Assembly: GCA_965228735.1 (NCBI GenBank)
Contig: OZ245838.1
Coordinates: 1,696,001-1,760,000 of the forward strand
DNA from: Planctomycetota bacterium
GTDB lineage: Bacteria; Planctomycetota; UBA1135; UBA2386
DNA: 64,000 nucleotides
Direction: 5' to 3'
This document shows positions 20,340 through 29,279 of this stretch, in pieces; the first letter of the stretch is position 1; the number at the start of each line of letters is the position of its first letter. The position numbers and the translations under genes are program-made. The notes below the pieces were generated by a model, which saw only the letters and a program-made list of their open reading frames with translations, had not been told where the DNA came from and did not search any database.

Positions 20340-23300
20340 TCAGCGCGCAGCCGGCAGCTTCACCTCGACCCGCGGGTCGACGCTCGCTCCGACCGTGAAC
20401 GAGCCGCGGATCGTCTCGCCCGTCTCCTGCAGTTCGGCGACGTAGTCGTATCGCCCCGCGGTCAGGCCGCGGGTCCATTCGAACGCGCCGGTGCCGTCGA
20501 CCCAGACGAACCGCTTCGCGACGAGCGCGCCGGCCCGGTGGAGCAAGAGGACCACGTGCGCCTGCCACCGTTGCCCGGCCGGCACGCCATCACGTTGGAA
20601 CGCGAATGTGACGGGCGTCGCCGCGGTCAACGGGATGCGATGCTCGATCGCCTCGCCCGCGACGACGTCGACGGTCTCCTCGCACGGCAGGAAGTCCGGG
20701 CCCCAGGTCTTCACCTTGTAGGCGCCGGCCGGCACCGCTTCGGAACGGAGCGCGCCGTCGTCCGTCGCTTCGAACTGGTGCGCGATGTTGCCGGCCGGGT
20801 CACTGCCCACGATGCGATCGGGGTGCACCGACGTGCCATCCGCGGTGACGAACCGCAGCAGGAGTCGGCCCTTCCCGGGCATGCGCAGCGCGCCGAGATC
20901 GACGCGTTCGCGCGGCGCGAGCATTCGCGACGCGACCTGCATGTCGCCGAGGTCGGGCAGATGGAGGCTGAAGTGGTAGTTCCCGGGTGGCAGTGGTCCG
21001 ATCTCGAAGGTGCCGTCCGGCTCGATCTTCGCGTCCTTGTGGCGCCAGCCGAGCTTGGAATCCGCTGGCCTGTAGCTCAGGCTCGCCCTGGTCACCGGCT
21101 CGCCATCCGGGTCGACGAGTACGCCGTGCAGGATCGCGCCGTCCTCTGGCAGATACTGCGCGCGCAACTCGACCTCGGTCGTGCCCGGCCGAATCCCCGA
21201 CACTTCGACCCAGGGCTCGGAACTCGACACGGTCTGCGGCATCGCGACGACCCGGTACGACGACCCCGTGAGCCCCGCGACTTCGAACGAGCCGTCGACC
21301 TGGATCGCTCCGGCCTTGCCACGCCCCGAAGACTCCGAGTAGGCGAAGAGCCACCAACCCGACACCGGCTCGCCGTTGCGATCGACGAGCCGACCACGAA
21401 TCGAACTGGCGCCGGCAGAGCCGAAGTCGACGCGCCGCTCCTCACCGTCGACCAGTTCGAGCCGTTGCCTGCTGTCCGGCATCCGGCTGGCCTCGAGCAA
21501 CACGCTGCCCGCCGGCACGTGCTCGATCCGGTAGTCGCCGGCCGCGCCCGGCGACGCGTGTTGTTTCACGAATCGCTCGGTGAACAAGCGGCGCTCGGCC
21601 CACACCGGCACCGCGGCGACACGGATCCAATCGCGCTCGGAGCCCTCGAGCACGACGCTGCCGTAGACCGCGGCCCCGCGCTCGAGAGTGATCTCGAGTT
21701 CGCGCCGTTCGCCCTCGACGAGCGTGCATTCCCGGTGCGCCATCGCATGTCCGGCAGCGTTCACGATCAGCGAGAACGTGCCCGTCGGCAGGGCGTCGGT
21801 GGCAAACCGACCAGCGGCATCGGTGCGCACCACGACCGGTGCGTTGCTCACCGTCGGCTCGAGCTCCAGGATCGCCACGAGCGCGTCGGCTGCCGGCCGA
21901 TGGTCCACTCCTCGAACGACACCGCGCAAGTGCGTGACGGGAGCGGCGACCACGAACTGCATGTCCGTGTTCTGACCTGGCCGCATGCGCACGGTATCGC
22001 TGCGCTGGAGCCCCGCCTTGTGCGCCCAGAGATGCCCGCCGTTGTCGAGCCCGCCGTGAAACGCGCCGTCGGCATCCGTCACCGCGACGACCGGCGGCGG
22101 CGCGGCCGACGACCGCTCCCGCTCGAGATGGATCGCCGCCCCGGCGACGCCGTTGCCGTCCGCGTCCACCACGCGCCCGGCGAACCACGCCCACGGCTCG
22201 ACCTCGATGCGTTCTCTGGTCGGCCCGTCGCGCCGCACCTCGAACTCGTGCTGCACGCGCGCATTCGAGATCGAATACTCGCCGGGCGGCAGCTCGATCT
22301 GCAGGCGGCCGGCGTCGTTCACCACGTGATCGGAACCGTCGCGGACGAAGTCCCCGTCGGTCGGGTAGAGATGAACGCCGAGGCGCGGCGCCGGCTCGTC
22401 GGTGCCTTGCCAGACGAACTGCAGCGTGACATCGCCCGGTCCGCCGTCGGTCGGTGCCGGCTCTGCCGGGTCACCCACCGCCGGCGCCGACCGCTGCACG
22501 GCGGGCGGGGAGTCCGCCACGGGCCGCGTGACGTTCGCGGGCTCCGCCCGCACGACCGCGTGCCCGTCGACGTTCGGCGCGGTGCCGTTCTCCGACTGCC
22601 CGAACCAGATCGCCCCGCCGATGCACACCAGCGCGACCACGACGACGACAGCGATGACCTTCTTCATGACCAGTCCTCCGAGCAATGTGGCGCCGGCAAC
22701 CGCGGTCGCGGCCGTGGCAGTTCCGGCAGTGGCGACGGGCGCCAGACTCGCGGCCTTGGCGAGCACGACCTCACGCGCGGCCGCGAGCGAACCGCCGCTC
22801 ACGAGCGCGGCGACCGCGGAGACCCCGATGCCGGAGGGCAACGCCTTGCGCAGCCACTCGCGCCCGCGCTGCAGCCGCGTCTTGACGGTGTCGACCGGGC
22901 AACCGAGCGTGCGCGCGATCGCGGTCGGTGTGAGGCCGTGCGCGAGGCGCATGGTGACGACGACGCGCAGGTTCTGCGGCAACGACTCCATCGCCGCGCT
23001 GAGCTGTTCCTGCACCTCCGCCGATTCGAGCAGTTCGATCGGCGACGGTTCGGCGCCCGGCGCGAGCTCCGCCGGATCGGCCTGCCGCGCGCGCTTGCGT
23101 CGCGTGGCCCGAGCGTGGTTGACGAGGATGCCGATGAGCCACGGCATCAGCGGCCGTTCGCCGTCCCAGCGATCGCGCTTCTCGATCGCGTCGAGGAACG
23201 TCGCCTGCACCAGATCCTCACCGTCGCGCTCGGCGACGTGCCCCGCGACGAGCAGCAGCTCGGGCGCCAGCGCGTCGAACACCGCGGCCAGAGCCGCAGG

Positions 23301-23348
23301 GTCGGAACGCCGGCGAAAGCGCTCGAACAGCTCTTCGGGGGAACTCAC
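20340..23348 (-). CDS. ECF sigma factor fused via a TM helix to multiple carboxypeptidase-regulatory-like domains
   Basis: EDLVQATFL / PWLIGILVN (sigma2), IARTLGCPVDTVKTRLQRGR (sigma4), TM VIAVVVVVALVCIGGAIWF, repeated GRVVD.DG.PV.GA motifs. Confidence 0.88.
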   Translation of the reverse strand: MSSPEELFERFRRRSDPAALAAVFDALAPELLLVAGHVAERDGEDLVQATFLDAIEKRDRWDGERPLMPWLIGILVNHARATRRKRARQADPAELAPGAEPSPIELLESAEVQEQLSAAMESLPQNLRVVVTMRLAHGLTPTAIARTLGCPVDTVKTRLQRGREWLRKALPSGIGVSAVAALVSGGSLAAAREVVLAKAASLAPVATAGTATAATAVAGATLLGGLVMKKVIAVVVVVALVCIGGAIWFGQSENGTAPNVDGHAVVRAEPANVTRPVADSPPAVQRSAPAVGDPAEPAPTDGGPGDVTLQFVWQGTDEPAPRLGVHLYPTDGDFVRDGSDHVVNDAGRLQIELPPGEYSISNARVQHEFEVRRDGPTRERIEVEPWAWFAGRVVDADGNGVAGAAIHLERERSSAAPPPVVAVTDADGAFHGGLDNGGHLWAHKAGLQRSDTVRMRPGQNTDMQFVVAAPVTHLRGVVRGVDHRPAADALVAILELEPTVSNAPVVVRTDAAGRFATDALPTGTFSLIVNAAGHAMAHRECTLVEGERRELEITLERGAAVYGSVVLEGSERDWIRVAAVPVWAERRLFTERFVKQHASPGAAGDYRIEHVPAGSVLLEASRMPDSRQRLELVDGEERRVDFGSAGASSIRGRLVDRNGEPVSGWWLFAYSESSGRGKAGAIQVDGSFEVAGLTGSSYRVVAMPQTVSSSEPWVEVSGIRPGTTEVELRAQYLPEDGAILHGVLVDPDGEPVTRASLSYRPADSKLGWRHKDAKIEPDGTFEIGPLPPGNYHFSLHLPDLGDMQVASRMLAPRERVDLGALRMPGKGRLLLRFVTADGTSVHPDRIVGSDPAGNIAHQFEATDDGALRSEAVPAGAYKVKTWGPDFLPCEETVDVVAGEAIEHRIPLTAATPVTFAFQRDGVPAGQRWQAHVVLLLHRAGALVAKRFVWVDGTGAFEWTRGLTAGRYDYVAELQETGETIRGSFTVGASVDPRVEVKLPAAR

Positions 23349-23459
23349 GCCCCTACTAGACCGGGCCGTCCGGAGAGGACTCAGGAAATGTCAGCCGCGC
23401 TCGCGAAATCGGCCGCGAGCCCGGATCCGGGCTATCATCGGGGTTCCAGGAGGTGCCGG

Positions 23460-24536
23460 ATGAGATCGCGTTCGTGTGAGGCAGTCGACGTCACGGTAGC
23501 GAGTCGCTCGCGCCAGCCCGGGTGGCGCGCGTTCTGCTGCCTGCTCGTGGGCGCTGGACTCATGGGCGCGCCTGCGGCTCAGGACTTCGTGACCCTCTCC
23601 CGGGAGGTCGACCGCCTGGCGAACGAGGACCACCGGGAGAGCGCGCGACAGGCGCTGCTCGAGGCCGGCCCCACGGCCGTCGCGCCACTCCTGCGCCTCG
23701 TCAGCCGCGACTCGCAACCGTCGGTTCGGGCGATCGCATTCGAGATCCTCGGAACGCTCGGCCCCGATGCCCTCACGGCTCTGCCGCAACTGCTGGAGTT
23801 CGACGGCGAGTTTCAACGACCCGAAGCCAAGGCCTACGCACGCGCCCTGCTGCGGGTCTGGCCCTACGACCCGAGCTTCTGGTCCGCCGACGTGGCGGAA
23901 CTGCAGAACACGATGATGCGTTGCGTGGTGCGCGACGCGCGCGGCTACCGCAGCGTGCACAGCGCCGGTGTCCACGCGATCCGGATGATCCGCGAGCTCG
24001 AGCTCGACCCGACCGACGCGAGCAAGCTCATCGACAAGATCCGGTGGGTGAACCGCGGCGATCCCGTCCAGGAGTACATCGCAGCCGCGCTCGCGCGCCT
24101 CGGGAGCGAAGCCGCCGCCGCCGCGCCACGACTCAGCGCGGCGATCCGGTTCCCCGTGCCGAAGAAGCCGCGACCGCTGCCGCAGATGCGATACCTGCCG
24201 CTGGCCGAAGCCGTGCTCGCGATCCAGGCGACCGGCCCGGCCGCCGCGCGCGCGCACGCCTACCTGCTGATCTACCACCCCGACCCGAAGCGCCGCCTCG
24301 GCGCCGCGATGGCGCTGGGCCGCCAGGCGAGTGCCGGCAGCGCCATGGCGGATCAGGTCGTGTGGGCGCTGACCGACGCGGACCCGCGCGTCGTACGCGA
24401 AGCCGTCACCGCGCTCGGCATGATGGGCCCCGAAGCCGCCGCGGTAGCGCCCAAGCTCGAGAACCTGCTCGATCACGCCGACCGCCAGATCGCCGCCCGC
24501 GCCAAGGTGGCGCTGCGCCAGATCCAGGACCGGTGA
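23460..24536 (+). CDS. HEAT repeat protein
   Basis: LGTLGPDALTALPQL, LARLGSEAAAAAPRL, DPRVVREAVTALGMMGPEA; start uncertain. Confidence 0.8.
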   Translation: MRSRSCEAVDVTVASRSRQPGWRAFCCLLVGAGLMGAPAAQDFVTLSREVDRLANEDHRESARQALLEAGPTAVAPLLRLVSRDSQPSVRAIAFEILGTLGPDALTALPQLLEFDGEFQRPEAKAYARALLRVWPYDPSFWSADVAELQNTMMRCVVRDARGYRSVHSAGVHAIRMIRELELDPTDASKLIDKIRWVNRGDPVQEYIAAALARLGSEAAAAAPRLSAAIRFPVPKKPRPLPQMRYLPLAEAVLAIQATGPAAARAHAYLLIYHPDPKRRLGAAMALGRQASAGSAMADQVVWALTDADPRVVREAVTALGMMGPEAAAVAPKLENLLDHADRQIAARAKVALRQIQDR

Positions 24537-24603
24537 TCGCGAGTGCTCACCAACCGTGACGTGCCTTCCCTTGCCGCCACGGACTGGTTAGGCTGCCGCG
24601 CGT

Positions 24604-24680
24604 CGGGCCGTAGCGCAGTCTGGTAGCGCACCTGGTTTGGGACCAGGTGGTCGGAGGTTCGAATCCTCTCGGCCCGACCA
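24604..24680 (+). tRNA. tRNA-Pro (anticodon TGG)
   Basis: CGGGCCG acceptor stem, D-arm TAGCGCAGTCTGGTAGCGC, anticodon arm CCTGG-TTTGGGA-CCAGG, GGTTCGAATCC T-arm, encoded CCA. Confidence 0.98.
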
Positions 24681-24763
24681 ATCTCAATCTGCTGAACGAC
24701 CCGCGTTCGCGACGAACCGCCCTCTGAGGCGAGCGGCAGCCTGGACCCAAGGAGATCGGGACT

Positions 24764-24904
24764 GTCTCGAGCAAGGCTCGCGCCCCCCGCCAGAGCCTGC
24801 AATCCACGGGTCAGTGGCGCGTTCGATTCGACGGCCGCGCCTTCTACCTCGGCACCGACGAGGATGCCGCGATGGATTGGTTCCATGAACTGCGTCAGCA
24901 ATGA
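24764..24904 (+). pseudogene. Remnant of a tyrosine-integrase N-terminal DNA-binding region
   Basis: Translates VSSKARAPRQSLQSTGQWRVRFDGRAFYLGTDEDAAMDWFHELRQQ*; GQWxVxxDGxxxYLG resembles planctomycete integrase N-termini; located right after the tRNA. Confidence 0.55.
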
Positions 24905-24969
24905 AAAGCCGGCGCGCTCCCGACCCCCAGTGCGAGGAGCCGGATCGCCGGGTCCACCGCCAAGATCCC

Positions 24970-24995
24970 TGTAAGGCGGCAGTCGGCACTCCGTC
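24970..24995 (+). promoter_or_regulatory. Putative ECF promoter TGTAAG-N16-CGTC upstream of copZ
   Basis: Same motif and spacing recur at 25324 and 28289. Confidence 0.65.
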
Positions 24996-25024
24996 CGCGG
25001 GGTCGTTCCAACCCAAGATTCGAG

Positions 25025-25300
25025 ATGACAGATCCAACGACTGACAACGACCCCAAGACCACGCTTCTCACGATCGGAGGCATGACGTGTGGCGGCTGCG
25101 TCCGCCGCGTCCACGACGCCCTTGCCGGCCTCCAGGGTGTACGAAACGTCGCGGTTCACTTCGCCCGAAAGGAAGCCGTGGTCACCCATGATCCGAGCGT
25201 CCTCGCAGCCGACCTCGTGCAGGCAATCGGCAACGCGGGCTACGAGGCATCGGGAGCGCCCCCGACTGCAGACCGGCACGATCGCGCACTGCCTGAGTGA
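25025..25300 (+). CDS. copZ: Copper chaperone, HMA domain
   Basis: GMTCGGCV metal-binding motif, 91 aa, directly upstream of a P1B ATPase. Confidence 0.9.
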   Translation: MTDPTTDNDPKTTLLTIGGMTCGGCVRRVHDALAGLQGVRNVAVHFARKEAVVTHDPSVLAADLVQAIGNAGYEASGAPPTADRHDRALPE

Positions 25301-25323
25301 CACACCGCTGCCGCCGCGATTCG

Positions 25324-25349
25324 CGTAATGGGATCGCGTGTCCGGCGTC
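25324..25349 (+). promoter_or_regulatory. Putative ECF promoter CGTAAT-N16-CGTC upstream of copA (possibly leaderless transcript)
   Basis: Matches the other two motifs; ATG at 25358 follows after an 8-nt gap. Confidence 0.55.
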
Positions 25350-25357
25350 AGCCGGGC

Positions 25358-27643
25358 ATGACTACGCTACTTGCCGTGTCCGCGCCCGAGGAGCGGACGG
25401 TTCTCGACCTCACTGGCATGACCTGCGCTGCCTGCGTCGTTCGCGTGGAGCGAGCGATCCGCAAGGTGGCCGGCGTCACCGACGTCGCGGTCAACCTGGC
25501 GACCCAACAGGCTTTGGTGGCCTTCGAGGCCGGGCGAACCACGCGAGCGGGAATCACGAGCGCCATCGAGGGCGCCGGCTACGGAGTCCTGGCGGAGCCA
25601 CAGGCCGCGGCGGCAGTCGACCGCTCGGAGCACGAGCGCCAGGAGCGGCGATCGCTCCAACGGGACCTTCTCGTCGCCGGCGCGGCAACGCTCCCCCTGC
25701 TGGTGTTGGGGATGTCCCACGGTGCGCTGCCGTTCGCCGAGACCGACGCCGGCCGCACGCTCCAGTTCGCGCTCGGCTCGATCGTCCTGTTCGGGCCCGG
25801 CCGTCGCTTCCTGCGGGGCGGCCTGACCGCGCTACGTCACGGAAGTCCCGACATGAACACCCTCGTGTCGCTCGGCGCGGCCGCCGCCTGGCTGTGGTCG
25901 ACGGTCGCCACATTCGCGCCGTCCTGGTTCACGCACGGCGCGCACGAGGCCCCGCACGTGTACTTCGAGGCCGCCGGCGCGATCATCGCGTTCGTCCTGT
26001 TCGGCAAGTTCCTCGAGTCGCGCGCCCGCTGGCGCCTGGGTGACGCGGTCCGCGCCCTTCACGCCCTGGAGCCCGCGGTCGCGCACCGAATCGACGACCT
26101 CGAGGAAGGCACCGACGTTGACGTGCCCGTCGCGTCGTTGCAGCCTGGGGATACGGTCCGGGTGCGGCCCGGAGAGCGGGTTCCGGCGGATGGCGTCGTC
26201 ACGGACGGCGAGTCGGCGCTCGACGAGTCGATGCTGAGCGGCGAGAGCGTGCCGATCGACAAGGCCATCGGCAACCAGGTCGTCGGCGGCAGCATGAATA
26301 CCACCGGGGTCCTGCTCGTGCGGATCCAGCGCACCGGTGCGGAAACCGCGCTTTCGCGGATCACGGCTGCCGTCGAACAGGCTCAAGGCAGCAAGGCGCC
26401 GATCGCCAGGTTCGCCGATCGCGTGAGCGCCGTCTTCGTTCCAATCGTGTTGGGTCTTGCGCTGATCACGTTCGCCACCTGGTGGCTGCTCGACCCAACG
26501 TGGACCGGCGTCGCCACGGCCGTCGAGTACATGGTCGCCGTGCTGGTGATCGCCTGCCCATGTGCGCTCGGCCTGGCCACCCCGGCTGCGGTCGCCGTCG
26601 GCGCCGGCCGAGGCGCAGAACTCGGCGTGCTGTTCCGGACCGGTGCGGCACTCGAGGCGGCGAGCCACATCGACGCGATCTACCTCGACAAGACCGGCAC
26701 GCTGACCAACGGCCGCCCGTCGCTCGTCGCCATCGAACCGCACCCGGGCACAACGGAGGAGCAGCTGTTACGCGAAGCGGCTTCGATCGAACGGGGCAGC
26801 GAGCACCCGTTCGCCCGCGCCGTGGTCGATGCAGCCCGCGAACGGGGTGTCCGGCTGGCCATCGCCCATGACTTCGCCGCCATCCCCGCGATGGGCGTGC
26901 GCGGCAGAGTCGAAGGCGCGGAAGTGCTGGTCGGCAAGGCCGATTGGCTGGCCGAGCAGGGTATCGACGTCGCGCCCGCAATCGCCGCCGGCAGCGAGCT
27001 GGCAGACCGCGGAGTGACGCCACTGCTGGTCGCCCGCGACGGCCACCTGAGCGGGGTGCTCGGGGTTGCCGATGAGCTGCGGATCGATGCCGCCGATGCG
27101 GTTCGGCAGCTGCGTTCGGCAGGCGTTCGGGTCGGCATGTTGACCGGCGACCGGCGAGCCGTTGCCGACGCGGTCGCGGGCGACCTCGGTCTCGATGAGG
27201 TCGCTGCAGAGCTGCTCCCCGAAGACAAGGCGGAGCGAATCCAAGTGGCTCAGGCCGAAGGACATCGGGTGGCAATGGTCGGCGATGGCGTCAACGACGC
27301 TCCGGCCCTGGCCGTCGCCGACGTCGGGATCGCGATCGGCACCGGGACCGACGTCGCCGCCGCGGCCGCGGACGTCGCGCTGCTCCGAGGTGGGATCGCC
27401 GGTGCCCCAGTCGCCCTCGGGCTGGCCCGCGCGACGATGCGGACCATCCGTCGCAACCTGGTCTGGGCCTCGGTCTACAACGTGCTCAGTATCCCCGTCG
27501 CTGCCGGCGCTCTGTCGGGGCTGGGCGTCGGCCTGTCGCCGGTGTATGCCAGCGCCGCGATGTCCCTCTCGAGCGTGTCCGTCCTCCTCAGCAGTCTGCT
27601 TTTGCGGCGCTTTCGCGTCGCCAACGCAACAGGTGTTCGATGA
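25358..27643 (+). CDS. copA: Copper-translocating P1B-type ATPase
   Basis: MTCAAC, YFE, CPCALGLATP, DKTGT, SEHP, GDGVNDAP, YN and MSLSS motifs. Confidence 0.97.
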   Translation: MTTLLAVSAPEERTVLDLTGMTCAACVVRVERAIRKVAGVTDVAVNLATQQALVAFEAGRTTRAGITSAIEGAGYGVLAEPQAAAAVDRSEHERQERRSLQRDLLVAGAATLPLLVLGMSHGALPFAETDAGRTLQFALGSIVLFGPGRRFLRGGLTALRHGSPDMNTLVSLGAAAAWLWSTVATFAPSWFTHGAHEAPHVYFEAAGAIIAFVLFGKFLESRARWRLGDAVRALHALEPAVAHRIDDLEEGTDVDVPVASLQPGDTVRVRPGERVPADGVVTDGESALDESMLSGESVPIDKAIGNQVVGGSMNTTGVLLVRIQRTGAETALSRITAAVEQAQGSKAPIARFADRVSAVFVPIVLGLALITFATWWLLDPTWTGVATAVEYMVAVLVIACPCALGLATPAAVAVGAGRGAELGVLFRTGAALEAASHIDAIYLDKTGTLTNGRPSLVAIEPHPGTTEEQLLREAASIERGSEHPFARAVVDAARERGVRLAIAHDFAAIPAMGVRGRVEGAEVLVGKADWLAEQGIDVAPAIAAGSELADRGVTPLLVARDGHLSGVLGVADELRIDAADAVRQLRSAGVRVGMLTGDRRAVADAVAGDLGLDEVAAELLPEDKAERIQVAQAEGHRVAMVGDGVNDAPALAVADVGIAIGTGTDVAAAAADVALLRGGIAGAPVALGLARATMRTIRRNLVWASVYNVLSIPVAAGALSGLGVGLSPVYASAAMSLSSVSVLLSSLLLRRFRVANATGVR

Positions 27644-28233
27644 ACTGCCACGGGCCTGATCCGGGCTCGTCGAGCGGCCTTTCGGAGCACGTGATGCACG
27701 AGTTGGTCGAGCTGCACCGCGAGTTCCTCGGCTTCGTGGAGCGCCGCGTCGGCGACCGGGCACTCGCCGAAGACCTCGTGCAGGATGCCTTCGTGAAGAG
27801 CCTCGAGCGGGGTGGCGAGCTACGCGACGACGAGTCGGCGCGAGCCTGGTTCTACCGGGTGCTGCGCAACGCCATCATCGACCGACAGCGGCGCACGAGT
27901 AGCGACAGTGGTCGGCTATTGAAGCTGGCAGGCGAGTTGAAACGGGCCGAAGAAGACCGCTCCGCAGCCGCCGACCGTGAACTCTGCCAGTGCGTCGCGC
28001 GCCTGATCGACACGTTGCCGTCCGACCAGGCCACGGTCCTTCGCCGGATCGAGCTGGACGGCATCCCGGTCAAGCAGTTCGCCGCCGAGTCGGGCATCGG
28101 CGAGAGCAACGCGGGCGTGCGCGTGTTCCGCGCCCGCAAGGCCTTGCGCGAGCGGGTTACGCGCTCCTGCGGCACCTGCGCCGAGCACGGTTGCTTCGAT
28201 TGCTCCTGCGGCAGCCAAGAGCCGCACGCCTGA
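27640..28233 (+). CDS. CorE-like metal-responsive ECF sigma factor with a CxC motif and a Cys-rich C-terminus
   Basis: AEDLVQDAF, AWFYRVLRN, LCQCV, C-terminal CGTCAEHGCFDCSC; overlaps the copA stop; no anti-sigma adjacent. Confidence 0.88.
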   Translation: MNCHGPDPGSSSGLSEHVMHELVELHREFLGFVERRVGDRALAEDLVQDAFVKSLERGGELRDDESARAWFYRVLRNAIIDRQRRTSSDSGRLLKLAGELKRAEEDRSAAADRELCQCVARLIDTLPSDQATVLRRIELDGIPVKQFAAESGIGESNAGVRVFRARKALRERVTRSCGTCAEHGCFDCSCGSQEPHA

Positions 28234-28288
28234 CGGCCTGGCGCAGTCGCGTGTCGTCGGCTGGCGTCGCAGCGATTCTCGGCCCTCG

Positions 28289-28314
28289 TGTAAGGAGCGG
28301 GGATCGGCTCCGTC
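28289..28314 (+). promoter_or_regulatory. Putative ECF promoter TGTAAG-N16-CGTC upstream of the YHS-TolC-MCO operon
   Basis: -35/-10 boxes and spacing identical to 24970. Confidence 0.65.
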
Positions 28315-28395
28315 AGCGCTTGCGTGCATGGCGCAACTCCGCGCGGCGCACCGGGCCCAGCGCCCGTCCGACGACCCGATGCCAACGAGGCTCTC

Positions 28396-29103
28396 ATGTT
28401 CGCCAAGCTCCCGCTGCTCTTCCTGACCGCTGCCGTCTCCGCCCAACCGCCCTCGGCGTCGCAAGGCCCGGCTCCCCGGGACGCCGCTCCGACGGTCACC
28501 GCCCCGACCTACCCGAACTCGACATGCCCGATCATGGGCAAGAAGGCCTCGCTGCCGCTGTTCGCGGACACCGAGTTCGGCCGGATCTACGTGTGCTGCA
28601 AGCCGTGCATCCGCAAGGTCCACGCCGACGTCCAGACGGCCTACGAGACCGCATACCCCGCGACCAAGGACCTGCCGAACAAGGTATGCCCGGTATCCGG
28701 GGAGCCGATCGGCAAGCAGGCTGCCTCGGTCCTCCTGCAAGGGATGCGAATCCAGCTCTGCTGCGAGGGTTGCCTCGCCGAAGCGAGACAACACGCGCAA
28801 GTCACCCTCACGAAGGCACACGATCCGAAGATCGAGGATCTCCGGAACCAGCGATGCCCGGTCGACGGCCAGCCCGTCCAACCGAACGCGTTCGCGGTCA
28901 TCGGCGCGACCGTCATCCGGCTCTCCGCGCCGTCGCATCTGGCCCGAGTGCAGAAGGAGCCACAGGCGCAGCTCGACAAGGCGCGTGCGGATCGGAAGAC
29001 AGACGGTCCGAAGCCCGAACACCGGCATCGGCCGGGGTCGCAGCCGGTGAAGATCGTTGTCGGCACGCAAGCCGCGCCATCAACAGGCAAGGAGGGCAAA
29101 TGA
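28396..29103 (+). CDS. Exported Cys-rich protein with three YHS/TRASH-like repeats
   Basis: Signal peptide; NSTCPIMG..CCKPC, NKVCPVSG..CCEGC, NQRCPVDG (third repeat lacks CCxxC). Confidence 0.75.
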   Translation: MFAKLPLLFLTAAVSAQPPSASQGPAPRDAAPTVTAPTYPNSTCPIMGKKASLPLFADTEFGRIYVCCKPCIRKVHADVQTAYETAYPATKDLPNKVCPVSGEPIGKQAASVLLQGMRIQLCCEGCLAEARQHAQVTLTKAHDPKIEDLRNQRCPVDGQPVQPNAFAVIGATVIRLSAPSHLARVQKEPQAQLDKARADRKTDGPKPEHRHRPGSQPVKIVVGTQAAPSTGKEGK

Positions 29104-29279
29104 GCCATAGTCGTCATGCCGCGCGCTGGCTCGCGGCGTTCTTTCTCGCCAGTTGCACCGCGAGCCCACCCATGCCCGACCCCCCTTCGGACCACCCAGC
29201 TTCGGTGAAGAGCGAAAGCTCACCACGCGCGCCCCGATCCGAAGCCCTGTCGATTCCTGATCCGGAGAACAAGCGATGA
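29100..29279 (+). CDS. Small lipoprotein with DHPAS motif
   Basis: GGAGG RBS, ATGA overlaps at both ends, lipobox FLASC; motif shared with 35259-35546. Confidence 0.75.
   Translation: MSHSRHAARWLAAFFLASCTASPPMPDPPSDHPASVKSESSPRAPRSEALSIPDPENKR

Noticed and set aside
20538..23459. 1332-aa + strand ORF (20538-24536)
   Set aside because: The first ~970 aa are the antisense shadow of the ECF fusion gene; only the HEAT-repeat part from ~23460 looks real.
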